Of a stretch of DNA of 64,000 bases, positions 13,628 through 26,148 are shown in pieces. This DNA is from the human T2T-CHM13v2.0 reference genome, Homo sapiens. Within the stretch, counting starts at the first letter, position 1; every line of letters starts with the position of its first letter. The position numbers and the translations under genes were made by a program. Location of the stretch: the NCBI RefSeq assembly GCF_009914755.1, contig NC_060930.1, one strand, 5' to 3'. The notes beneath the pieces are model-generated. The model was not told where the DNA came from. It worked only from the letters and a program-made list of their open reading frames with translations, and searched no databases.

Positions 13628-13824
13628 TTAGTCAAAAATTTGGTGTGCAAAAGTGATACATCAGGAAATAGCAGTATAAGCATGTTATTTACAAATATGG
13701 GGTAAATAGAAGAAATGGTTTGAGAAATGGTTTAGTCAAAATATTGGTGTGCAAAATTGATAAATGAGGACACAGCAGTATAAGCATGTTATTTACACAT
13801 ATGGGTAAACAGAAGAAATGGTTT
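13628..13824. repeat. Tandem duplication, ~104-bp period, 2 copies
   Basis: ttagtcaaaa..ggtgtgcaaaa..gcagtataagcatgttatttac..agaagaaatggttt occurs twice. Confidence 0.9.
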
Positions 13825-14879
13825 CAGAGCAGGAGGTTGGACAGCAGCTGCTCATTTTGTAAAAAAAATTGATTAAAAAACTATGTGCATGAATTATCTT
13901 AAAAATTAAAATTCATCATTAAAAGACATTTAAAAAGTAAGGCAAATTGTTAGTTTACTAAGTTGTATTCTGCTTCTTGGTTTGAGGCTTCTCCAAACCT
14001 GTGGCCAGGCCACCATGCATGTGCCATAAAATCATGACCCTTAATGAGCTGACCCAGCAGGCAGAGGTGGAAGAACTTGTCAGCATTTCTGGGCTTGTTT
14101 TGCCCTTGTGTTAAACAGAGCCAAGTTCTGAGGAGTTTTAATTAAGCTCACATTGGGAATGAAGGTGGAGCGGGGGGACTGGGAGAAAAGATGGAAACCC
14201 CATTCCTTGTTACAGCATGCCTTGTCATGCATTATTGCTTACGTGGCAATGATCCGCCCTACTCGGCTATCACAGGGGAAATTACCATATGGAAATACGA
14301 AACTCGGGATTACAAAAGGTCCTTGAATGTTCAAAGTGATTAGTGTTCAACTTAATCTTCAGGGATTAGTATTTATGCCACGTTAATAACTGAAGGAATA
14401 TTCTGTAAATGACTCATTTAGTCGTAGCGTACATTTATGGTTTTACATAAATAATCCTACAATTTATGGTGGTTACAGTATTAAGTTCAATTTTTACTTA
14501 TGTTTAGAAGCAGCTGTTTTTCTCAGTGTCCCTCAGGTTTATACGACAAGACTTACAATGGGTCATATGTTGTATCTGGGAATGCTACCCTGCCATTTTA
14601 TCCGAGAGACTTGCCAGTGAGCTGGTATTGCCAACACATCCCTTTACAGAGTAGCAGTAACTTGGCACAAGGACTCTTCCTGCTGTCCTAGAGATCTTCC
14701 ACTGGGAACCTGACCCTTACCTTTGTTCCCAGGATATTTACTGATTCTTAAATCAAGGTAATGTTTTCAAGATGACTGTGAAGAATTTATGTTAATACTG
14801 TTGTAAATGTGAGAAGATTTAGAATCTTTTCTAAAAGGAGGAATAAACAAATTCACATTAATTCTATTTTTCTCCCAAC

Positions 14880-15186
14880 TTTTTTTTTTTTTTTTTTTTG
14901 AGAAGGCGTCTTGCTCTGTCGCCCAGGCTGGAGTGCAGTGGCATGCGTGATCTCCGCTCACTGCAAGCTCCGCCTCCCGGGTTCATGCCATTCTCCCGCC
15001 TCAGCCTCCCACGTAGCTGGGACTACAGGTGCCCGCCACCATGCCTGGCTAATTTTTTGTATTTTTTTAGTAGAGACAGGGTTTCACTGTGTTAGCCAGG
15101 ATGGTCTCGATCTCCTGACCTCGTGATCTGCCCACCTCGGCCTCCCAAAGTGCTGGGATTACAGGCGTGAGCCACCATGCCCGGCC
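14880..15186 (-). mobile_element. AluY
   Basis: ctgcaagctccgcctcccgggttcatgccattctc diagnostic; T20 tail; TSD tctccca(a/c)c. Confidence 0.95.
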
Positions 15187-15642
15187 TCTCCCACCATTTG
15201 ATACATTTTTATCATTAACACCTGAAGTATGTGTAACAGAGGAAATGAATTATCCCTAGTGGAGAATGGAGATGATAACATTAACAATACTGAAAGATTA
15301 CAGGCATTTGGAATTGGATCTGGGCTGTTCCTCTGCGTATACATATGTAAATCACATTTACATATATGTGTGTGTATATGTGTATATAGACACATAAAAG
15401 GATCACTAAAAATGTTATTCATAAAAGCAATTAAAGGGAGCATATCCACATGTTCTCAAAATCAGCTTAAAAGAGGGACAGTCTTGTGAGATGAAAGGTC
15501 ACATTTTAGTGGTTAATAAAATGCCCCACTCCTAACTGCCAGCAGTATAAGAGAATTTGGAACAAAGGTGGTAAAGGAGATCTTTTAAGTAATAAATATT
15601 TAATTAGTGGTCCCATTTGGCTTTTTGAAAGTATAAAATAAT

Positions 15643-15921
15643 GACCGGGCATGGTGGCTCAAGCCTGTAATCCCAGCTCTTTGGGTGGTCAAGGTGGAGG
15701 ATTACTTGAGCCCAGAAGTTTGAGATCAGCCTGGGCAACATAGGGAAACTCCGATTTTACAAAAAATTGAAAAATTAGCTGGGTGTGGTGGCATGTGCCT
15801 GTAGTCCCAGCTATGTGGGAGGCTGAGGTGGAAGGATCACTTGAGTCCAGGAGGCTGAGGCTGCAGTGAGCCGTGATTACACCACTGCACTCCAGCCTGG
15901 GCAAGAGGGAGCCCTTGTCTC

Positions 15922-15953
<32 letters not shown>

Positions 15954-15960
15954 ATAAAAG
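15643..15960 (+). mobile_element. AluJ with (AAAAC)n tail
   Basis: Dimeric Alu; decayed TSD aaagtataaaataa / aaagtacaaaacaa. Confidence 0.95.
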
Positions 15961-17864
15961 GAAAAAAGTACAAAACAAGACATTTTTTCTCTCAAATAAT
16001 CAAAGAATTGTCTCTGAGTTGGGGAAAACTTGGCTGTTTCATTTTGATGAACCTGCCTCTTGCTTATCCACGGAACAGTCTGCTACAACAGCCTGCTTGA
16101 ATACTTTGCATTTCGGACCAACCACCTCCACATTTGTCATTATGACAGGTTGTTATTTACGGGGAATGGCAGGTTGTTGAAATCCTAAATGAAGCACTAA
16201 GGAATGAAGCTCTAAGGACCAATTATAGCAACAATGCTTAAACATTTCAGGCAGCAAAATTGGCTCAGCTACAAGCTTGTTTAGGCAAGAAAAAAATGCA
16301 TATTTCCTATATTTTTGATTTATAGACCAACCCAAAGAGTGTGTGATTTCTGTTGATTTTAACATAAAGTCACCTAAATTAGGAGTATGCAGTTTTAACT
16401 GCAATAGTTGGCATGGCTAATATGGGAAAAAGTAGATTAACCCGATGCCTCCCAAATGTGCAAATATGCTAAGCCATGTTTAAAACTAAGGTAACTCTCT
16501 AGGGTAATTTTTCTGGTCTGCTGTGATGTCCCCAAGTGGCTGGCAAGTGTCATCTATTGGCAAGGCCTGAACAAGAGCACAGCAGGAAACTTTCCCCTTA
16601 TCTGTTTGAATGAATGACTAAGCAAAGTTTAAAGGCCATTTCACTCTGCTCTTAAAGGTATGTGAGCATGAAGATGACATGCTCCTTTGGTTCCCAGTTT
16701 CAGTGTCTGATCAGTTAGGCATAAAGGTGCTTTTGTCTACACAGGTTTCATGTGTGTGTTCTGTTGATGAGTCTGTTGACAACTCCATAAACTAAGTGTC
16801 TCCAAGGCAGGCAGAGATTGAGATTTGTTTCTCAGAGATTAATGAATGTGCCTCCATTTCTTTCCCTCAAAAGAGACAATACCACTTCCTGTAGCTTTAC
16901 TTGCGTGCTTCAGATTGAAAACCTTATTGGGCTGCAGAAAGATTTATGATTCACGTATATGTCGGTGGCTATTACTGTAGAATAATCTGGAAAACTGCTA
17001 GTCACAATTTGTTCCCTCTCAATGGTTACCGACTGATTCATTATGCTGGGCTCTTGTGTCTTCTCTCCTTCCTTCACATCTCTCCTCAAAATGTTAGATT
17101 CTTTGCCACACTATTTACAGACTGTGGTAAATATAGCAGGTTGATATCAGGGTCACTTGTATTATATATGCTATAATGCCTACACCATGTATTTTTATGT
17201 CAAGTGATTAAGAAATGTATAAGAAAAATGGTAATAAGCTCTCCATCACCATCCACCCTTCCTGGGATAAACACTGTTAAGAGTATCCTTCTCTCTTGTT
17301 TTCTGTATTCATATGCATGTCATATTATAATTTTTTGTCTTGCTTAACAGTTTTTTTTGACCTAAATAGTATATTTGCTCTTCAATGTCCTATTTTCATG
17401 TAGCAATAGGTCACAGACATCCATCTAGATCTCTGTATATAGATTGAATGCATTCCTTTAAAAAACATTAATTTACCATAATTGATTCAATCTTTCCCCT
17501 ACTGATAGACATTTTTCTTGTTCAGGTTATTTTTTTAATAAAAAATTTGGGGGCCATTATACACAGTGTTTCAAATAACTTCTTGGTATCTATGTCTTTA
17601 CATACAGATATTCTTAAGGCTATAGATTTTTCAAAGTAGGAATGTTGTGTCCAAGGGTATATTTTTACTTTTAATCGAGGCTTGTTTTGTTATATTTAAT
17701 ACTTTCTAAGTAATAAATACAACAAAATAATATAATTATATATAATAATAGATAATATTATATAACATATTATATTATCTATTATATATCTACTATCATA
17801 TATAATATATAATAAATGTAACAAAATTAATAATATATTAATACTTTCTAAGTAAAAACTATAA

Positions 17865-19570
17865 CAAAACAAGTCCAAGATCTCTACACTAAAAACTACA
17901 AAACATTGCTGAGGGAAATTAGAAAAGATCTAACTAAATGGAGAAAATTCCTATGTTCATAGATTGGAAAATTCAACATTGTTAAGATGTCAATTTTCCC
18001 CAACTTGGGTCTATACATTTAAGGCAATCCCAATCAAAATCCCAATAGACATTTTTTTTTTGGTAAAAATTAACAAGCTGATATTAAAATTTTTGCAGAA
18101 ATTGCTAAATAATTTTTTAAAAAGAACAAAATTGGAGGACTTACATTACTGATTTCAAGAGGTGCTATAAAGCTACAACACGAAAAAGCTACAACAATGG
18201 AGAAAAATAGTGAATTCACCAACAGACTCATATACACATGGTCAACTGATTTCAACAAAAGAAATAAGACAATTCAATGAGGAAAAGAAAGTCAATCAAT
18301 AGTGCTGGAATACAACTGCATATCTGTATGGAAAAAAAATGAACATTGATTCTTACCTTAAACCAAATATAATAAATACTCAAAACGGATCACAGACCAA
18401 AATGTAAAAGCTCAACTATTAGGTTGGTGCAACAGCAATTGTGGTTTTTGCCATTAAAAGTAATTACTGTTGCACCAACCTAATAAGTAACTTCTAGAAG
18501 GAACAGAAGGAAAAATCTTTGTGAGGGGTAGGCAAAGATTTTTTAAAACAGAACACAGGAAGCTTAAAATAAAAAATTAATAAATTGGACTTCATAAAAA
18601 TTAAACCTTTTTCTCTTTGAAAAATATCAGTAAGAAAATAGAAAGGCAAACAGAAAAGAAAATATTCACAGCACAGATATCAGACAACAAACTGTAACAA
18701 GAATATACCAAAGTCTTACACCTCAATATGAAGAAAGGAAACAACACAATTTTTTTAAATGGGCAAAATATTTTAAGACACTTCACCAAAGAAATTATAT
18801 GAAAGAAAAGCCCAATAAACACATGCCAAGGGGCTAAAAGTAGTCATCAGGGAAATGCAAACTAAAACCACAATAAGGTCCCACCACACACCTATTAGAA
18901 TGGTTAAAATGAAAAAGACTGACTATACCATGTGTGGGCAAGGATATGGAGCAAACGGAACTCTCATACACTGCTGCTGGGAATATAAAATTACATAGTA
19001 CTTTGGAAAGGTATGGAAGTTTCTTGAAAAGTTAAACATATACCTATCATAAAACTCAGCTATTCTAAGTATTTACCCAAAAGAAATGAACACACATGTC
19101 TACATAACAACTTGTACACAAACATTAATATCAACTCTATTTTTGTAGGAGTGCCAAACTGGAAATAACTCAACATATCCATCAATAGGTGACTAGATAA
19201 ACAAAATTTGTTACATCGATACAATGGAATCCTGCTTTTAAAAAGGAAGAAACTATTAATATATGTTAATAACTTGGGTGAATATCAAATCATGCTGAGT
19301 GAAAAAGTCAGCCAAAAAGAGACTAAATCTTGTAAGATGAAATTCTATAAAATGCAAAATAATTACAGTTATAGAAAGCAGACCAGTAGTTGCTTGGGGA
19401 TGAGGGTGGAGGAGAGATGGATTATCAAACGGAACAAGGAATCTTTTGGGATTGGGGAAACTCTCACATTCTTGATTGTGGTCATTTCACAGGAGAATAC
19501 ATTTTGTCAAAACCTATCAAATTGTACACTTTAAATGTACAGTTTGCATATAAATTATACCTCAACCTTT
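17865..19570 (+). mobile_element. Old L1M fragment (ORF2 3' part and 3' UTR)
   Basis: ORF 17964..18152 has decayed L1 ORF2 sequence (FKAIPIKIP); gggaaatgcaaactaaaaccacaat motif. Confidence 0.85.
18419..18483. mobile_element. MADE1 (Hsmar1 MITE), internally deleted
   Basis: ttaggttggtgcaa...ttgcaccaacctaa TIRs with TA duplication. Confidence 0.95.
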
Positions 19571-20647
19571 GAGCATTTATTTCTTAAGAACTTTAAAATC
19601 ATTTTGTCCAGTTCAAAATAAACCCAATCTCAACTCCATTGGATTTCCAATTGAAATTACTTTAAACAAATCCATAATCTATATGCACGTATATCTACAC
19701 CAAATATTTAATATTGTCTTATCATTTAGGAAAATGTTAAATTCAGGTCTTGTTTTACATTATTTTCGAAGCCTTTTTACTTTTCTTCAGCCCTTTCTAT
19801 TTCCTGATAAATGTTTTTCTTCATATTTTATAATTTTACTGCTCTTGCCACTAAGTTTTTAAAAATATCATTTTTTACTTCCGATTATTATAAAGAAAAA
19901 CTACTGATTCTGATATATATCAGATAGTCACTTTATCAAATTCTTATTAATTCTAACAGTATTTAAGCAGAGTCTCATGAACTATACAATTTTATATCCT
20001 GCAAACAAAAAAAATTAATTTCCATCATTTACACTACTAACTATTCTCATTTTTGAGGGCTTTTTTCATCGAGCTGAAACTTTTAAAAAATGTTAGATGA
20101 TGATAGAAAGTGAATCTCTGCTTTGTTTCAGGCCCTAGTTATTTCACGTTTAATTAAAAAATGATAGTAGTCATTTTCACTAATTAATATGCTGTTGGTT
20201 TTGTTGAGTGTTCTTTATCAAGTTTGGGAAATTTCATTTTAATCCTGTTTTATTTGTGAATATTATCAAATGTCATTTGGTCATCTATTGATATAACTGT
20301 GTAGTTTCTCTAAATTGTTTAATTAATATGTCACATAATTGATTACATAATTCACCACATTGCTTACATAATTGTTTACATAATTAACGTTACATAATGA
20401 ATACATAATGAATGAAAATGTTGCATTTGTATTATAAACCCTGCTTCTTGGTGTGTCAATCTTTTAATATTTTAAGGGATTCAATATGGACAGATTTCAC
20501 CAATTGAACTATATCATGCCTTTTAATGGCTACATAGTATTACATGGTGTAGCTCTATTATAACTTATTTAACCCTGATTAATGAGTATTTGTCTTTTTC
20601 TCTTTACTCAATGCTGTGATAAACCTAATTATAGTGTATCTCTAAAA

Positions 20648-20727
20648 TTAGGTTTGTGCCAAAGTAATTGCGATTTTTGCCATTAAAAGTAACGACAGAA
20701 ACCACAATTACTTTGGCATTAACTTAA
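20648..20727. mobile_element. MADE1 (Hsmar1 MITE), full 80 bp
   Basis: 80-bp palindrome matching MADE1 consensus. Confidence 0.9.
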
Positions 20728-20749
20728 TAATTTAGAGTTTTACATTTAC

Positions 20750-23030
20750 TCTGTATCCCACATTTTCTTTATCCATTCATCTGCTGATGAGCACTCAGGC
20801 TGATTCCATATTTTGGCTATTTGAATAGTGCTGCAATAAACATGTGAGTGCAGATATCTCTCCAATATATTGATGTCTTTTCTTTTGTGTATATACCCAG
20901 CAGTGGAATTGCTGGGTCACATGGTAGCTTTATTTTCAGTTTTTTAAGGAACATCCGTACAGTTTTCCATAGTGGCTGTACTAATTTGCATTTCTATCTA
21001 AAATGCACATGGGTTCCTCATTTTCTATATCCTCACCAAACTGTTCCCTTTTTGATAAAAGCCATTTTTACTGGGGTGAGATGATATTACCCTGTGGCTT
21101 TGATTTGCATTTCTCTGATGATTAGTGAGGTTGAGCATTGTTTAATATACCCATTTGTCACCTGTGTGTCTTTGAGAAATGTATATTCAGATCTTTTGCC
21201 CATTTTAAAATTGTATTGTTTTTTCCTATTGAGTTGTTTGAGCTCCTTGTGTACTCTGGTTACTAATCCCTTATTAGAGGAATAGTTTGCAAACATTTTC
21301 TCCCATTCTGTAGGTTGTATCTTTATTGTTTCATTTGTTGTGCAGAAGCTTTTTAGCTTGATGTAACCCCACTTACAAGATCACCCCAGTGGCATGATCT
21401 TGGCTCACTACAACCTCCATCTCCTGCACTAAGTGACCTTCCTATCAAAGCCTCCCAGGTAGCTGGGACTACAGGTGCATGCCACCATGCCCAACTAACT
21501 TTTTTGTATTTTAATAATTTTTTTTTTTTTTTTTTTGTATTTTAAGTAGAGACAGGGTTTGGCCATGTTGCCAAGGCTGGTCTTGAACTCCTGGGGTCAA
21601 GCGATCCATCCGCCGCAGCCTCCCACAGTGCTGGGATTACAGGCATGAGCCAACGTGCCTGGACTTTGTCCTTGACTTTTGAGAGTTTGATTCTTATATA
21701 CCTTGGGGTAGTCTTATTTGGGTTGAACCTGTTTGGTGTTCTCTGACCTTCCCGTATCTGCCTATTTATCTCTTACTCAAGTTTTAGAAAGGTTTCTGTT
21801 ATTATTTCTTTGAATAAGCTTTCTACCCCTCGCTCTTGCTCAACTCCCTCTTGAACACCAATAATTCTTAGATTTGGTCTTTTGAGGTAATTTTCTATAT
21901 CTGGTATGTTACCTTCATTCTTTTACATTCTTTTTTCTCCTCTATTTTCAAACAGGCTATCTTTGCGCTCACTGAATTCCTTTTTCAGCTTGATCTATGT
22001 TGCTGTTGAAAGCCTCTAGTGAATTTTTTAATTCAGCAAATATTTCTCAATTCCAAGATGTTTTTTATTATTTCAATCTCTGTTAAATTTCTCTGATAAA
22101 TTTCTGAATTGATTTTCTGTGTTATCTTGAGAATCACTGAGTTTCCTTATAACTGCTATTTTGCATTCTTGTTGAGTTCCCATATCACAGTCTTGTTTGG
22201 GTCCTGGTTCCTTATTTTGTCTGTTTGGGGGGTCACAGTTCCCTGTTTGCTTATGTTTCCTGTGGATATACATTTATGTCTTTGCATCAAAGCATTAGTT
22301 ATTTACTCATCTTCTCTGTATGGCTTTTTTTTTTTTTTTTGGATACGTTTGTTAGAGCTTTTCTTGCCATCGACCTACTGATTTTCCCCTGACTAAGTCG
22401 CTGCCTCTTTTCTGGCACTAGATGGTGCCTTAACCCCAGGTTTGCCACCCACCCAAATGGGGACGGAAAAGTACCCAAAGGGGTATCTTGGTAGTGTGGA
22501 AGGCTGGCCAGGGGTTCACGCCCAGGGTGCCTGTGGAATGAACCTCATATACCCTGATGCTGCCGAAAAGCCACTCTGATTTGGTGTTTCTTTTGGCTGA
22601 GTTACAGAGCTGCCAAGGCTTGCCTCCTGCCTTTGTCTTTGGATGACCTCAGGGGTATTTTTCCCTTCAGGCATTCTTGATGCTTCCCATGGGTTGAGGT
22701 AGGGACAGGTCTCCTGACAGGGAACTCAAGATGGTGGGGAAGGTGGTTGTTAACCTTAATCTCCTTTTCCAATGTAGAACTCTGAGCTGAGGGGTGAAAT
22801 TTTGGGGGGAAGGGCATTGAGGACATGGAGGTCCAATTATCTGACTACTTGGAGTCTTTTCACTTCTCCATGGTTCTGGGAACTATCTCTTCTTTATATT
22901 TGAATTCTAGAATATTGCTGGTGATAATCTCGGCACTATATGTTTGTCTTTTTTTGTGTGTGGGGGTTAGTGGGGTGGGGAGTAAAGCAAGCTTGCTTCT
23001 GTGCTGCCATTTTGGAACCAGAAGTCTTGG
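20750..23030 (-). mobile_element. L1M remnant: 3' part (~20750-21365), ORF1 part (~21665-22300), 5' region (to ~23030)
   Basis: ORF 21087..21296 resembles L1 ORF2 C-terminus ([13 protein letters not shown]); ORF 22073..22273 resembles L1 ORF1 N-terminus. Confidence 0.8.
21387..21663 (-). mobile_element. AluJ lacking its tail end, with expanded T-rich linker
   Basis: Alu antisense sequence between the two L1 parts. Confidence 0.9.
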
Positions 23031-26000
23031 TGGTTCTCACATTTGTGCAACCGAATCACTTGGGGAATTGGGAAAAAAGTTTTATCCCTGGTCCTACACT
23101 GTCATCGTGAAGCAGAATTTCCCCAGAATGTGTACTTTCTCCCATCAAACTCTGGGAGCAGAATTTCTCTCATCAAATCCATGGGAATACCTTTAGAATC
23201 CCCTCCTTTCAGATCCACCCTTACCTGGAGGGATCCAGGTTGGGGCCAATAGTGGGAAGAGAAATTCCAGCTCTTGTAGGATGAAGGCAAAGGCTCTAAT
23301 TGTGTCCATGGCAAAGGGCCTGGGTACCTGGCCCATTAAGCTGTCCTGTGGAGTTCCCCATGCCAATAAAACTTGGTCAGAGTGTTGTCTAAGACTTCCT
23401 CACCTCTTGGTTTTTATTTTTATTGCACAGAAAACAGTAAGAAGGGAAAGGATTTTTAAAAGGGGAAAATCACCACAATGCCAACATCTGGACATTAACC
23501 ACTTTACTTTTTAATTTTCTCTCATAGTCTTTTGTAATTATTCCATTCAATTGCATTATTATTTCATTTATATTAAGGACCAAATATACTTTTGTGAATG
23601 AGCCTAGGAATCTAGCTCTCTTCCCTTTTATTAACAAGAAAATACACTCCAAGTTCTACACTAATTAAAAGTGAGAGTTTTGTAGGGCTTAAGGCTTAGA
23701 AGACCTGGGTTTGAACTGGAGTCCATAATTTACTACCTGGGCAAACTTTCAAACTCCTCTGTGCTTCAGCTTACCTCTAAAGCAAGGGTCACATTTAAGA
23801 AATGCCTGAAACATAATATACACCTAATAAATGTTAGTTTCTTTCTCTTTGTCTTTGTTGACAACTCTAAGTTTGTTAACACCTATTTTATGCTTGTAAG
23901 TTAAATTTTGTTTTCTTTTCATAATGGACTTCCTACCAAAGTTTCTCTTCTAAGGGACACTGTCTGATACTGAATATTTAAATTATTTCAAATCTAGTTT
24001 CCAGCTAAGGTGTTTCAACTTAAAACACATTTTGAAGTTTTATTTTTCCAAGCTGCATCAATTATAAATACATGAAAATCTCCAGGTATGTGTACACCAT
24101 ATTGATCAGAGTTTTACATTAATGAAGATGCAAGTTACTTGTGCATTCTAGTGAGAGGCCAGGTTTTCCTGCTCCCCTTTTATTGTGGAGAGTGGGGAAG
24201 GAGGAAGTGGTCAAGGCAGTGGCCTATTTTCCTTCCCAAGGTAGTGTGGCAGAGGCTATTCTTGTCTCCTATAACCTTTCAATCCTCCACCTGTAACTTA
24301 ACTCTATCTGATCTCCTAAGCGAAGCATGTGGCTATCCATTATAGAGATGTTTCCCAGCCTCTCTGCAGCTAGGAGTGGCCATTTGACTATGTTCTGGTC
24401 AAAACATATGAGTGTAAATGATGTGCACCTTCACAATTCCTACCCTTTCCCTCTTCCCTTTGGCGGCAATGAAGATGTATATAATTATACTACTTTAGTT
24501 TTTTATATGAGAAAAAAAGAACTGCTAACTTGTTTCAGCCATTATTTTGGGCAGCAGCCCAACTTACATCCTAGTGAATATAGAGAGATAGTGAACATGG
24601 TCTGAGGCACTGAGGTTAAGGAATTTTCTAATATGGATAAAAAAGAAAGCACAATAGGAAGAAATGTTCAGTGTAGGCCAAGGAAATCTATACTACTTCC
24701 TCAATCCTCCTAAACATAAAACTTGGAACCATGAATGCAAAGACAGTAAAACTGAAATCTGACTACATAATTCTAAGAATGTACTAATAGTATCATGGCC
24801 CCAATGTACAGAAGTAGATCTGCTTTGTAAGCATATAATTCATCCATTTCATATGCAGCTTAGATAATATTTTCATGGTACATGCAAAAGGAACAAGAGT
24901 GGTGCCAATTTTTCTAAGTAAGATGTCTATCACATTTTAGATGGATATTTAGTTAAGGACCTTTGTAGGAAACTGATTAAAAGCCAAAATGGTTCTAGAG
25001 CATGTGATGAGGGAATACCACCATTAATTCTACAACCAAAGTTACACCCAGTTTCAGGTTTCTTCAGTCTCTAGTCTGAATTTAGTAAATGAGCCAATCG
25101 ATGATTAATGTAATCATTCCAGTAATAACTAAAGAAGAGGTATCCACAAATAGAAACACGCAACAAGTCTGAAAAGTAACTGCATTTTGTAAGTTACTTT
25201 TGCTTTTCAGAATATAAATATCCAGCATTTACTCAGTAATTTCTGGTGCTTTCAAAGCAATGATCCTGCTGCTACATGGCACTGATAAGATATCATTAAC
25301 CATTAAATTAAAGGAAAAGTAATGCCTTTCATGACTTGGAAATTTGAAAGTACCATGACACTCAAATAGAGTTAAATAGCCATTCATTTCTCAAAAAAGC
25401 TTCATTTAAAAGTGGTCTTATGTATTTTGGAAGACTCAAGTTATGCATAACATAGAACCTACTGATTTAAAGGCTGCCTAAAGTAACAGATGGGCAGGTC
25501 ATTTAAACTGACGTTCCATTTTGGTGGAAATGCACGGCAGGGGGTGTCGGAACCTCCAAGACCAGTGTCTAGTCATGGATGGAAAAGGAGCATAGAGCCT
25601 GGTGTTAAGTGTTACATGATCTGCCAATGCAAATATTATTTCTGCGTGCACCACCATATCAGGAAGGACCACTGACAGCATCTGTATGAGATAGTGTCAA
25701 ACATTTTTACAAAGACTATCTTCACTGTTACTGAAAATATTGTTTTGCCAATTGTTCTGTGGCATAACAACCAACCTAGTCTTTGCTGGGATTTTGAGCA
25801 AGCAGAAAGCAGCTGCAACTTAAAAAAATAAAGAAAAGAAAAACAACAGAAAACTTAAAATTCCTCTCAAAGGAATTACAAAAACTATTCAAGTGGGGGA
25901 AAAGGCTTAAGAAGTAAAGTGTACATATTTTAGGATTTCATTTATGTAAAACTGTAGAAAATGCAAACTAATCCATATTGTTAGAAAGCAGATCAGTGGT

Positions 26001-26148
26001 TGTCTGGGGACTGGGGTGAGAGAAGGGCTCAATTGCAAGGGGCAGGAGGGTACTTTTGGGGGTGGTAGACATACTGAGGATGTTGACTGCTGGGGTGGTT
26101 TCACAAGTGAATACATAAGTCAAAACTCTGTAAGCAGCACACTTTTAC

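Noticed and set aside
18419-18483. miR-548 family gene
   Set aside because: Any MADE1 folds like this; the arm is deleted and expression cannot be shown from sequence.
20332-20410. CRISPR-like repeat array
   Set aside because: 8-bp units with 4-13 bp gaps in eukaryotic DNA and no cas genes; simple slippage repeat.
22412-22430. CTCF-like ggcactagatggtgcc
   Set aside because: Lies within L1 sequence and has core mismatches; no independent support.
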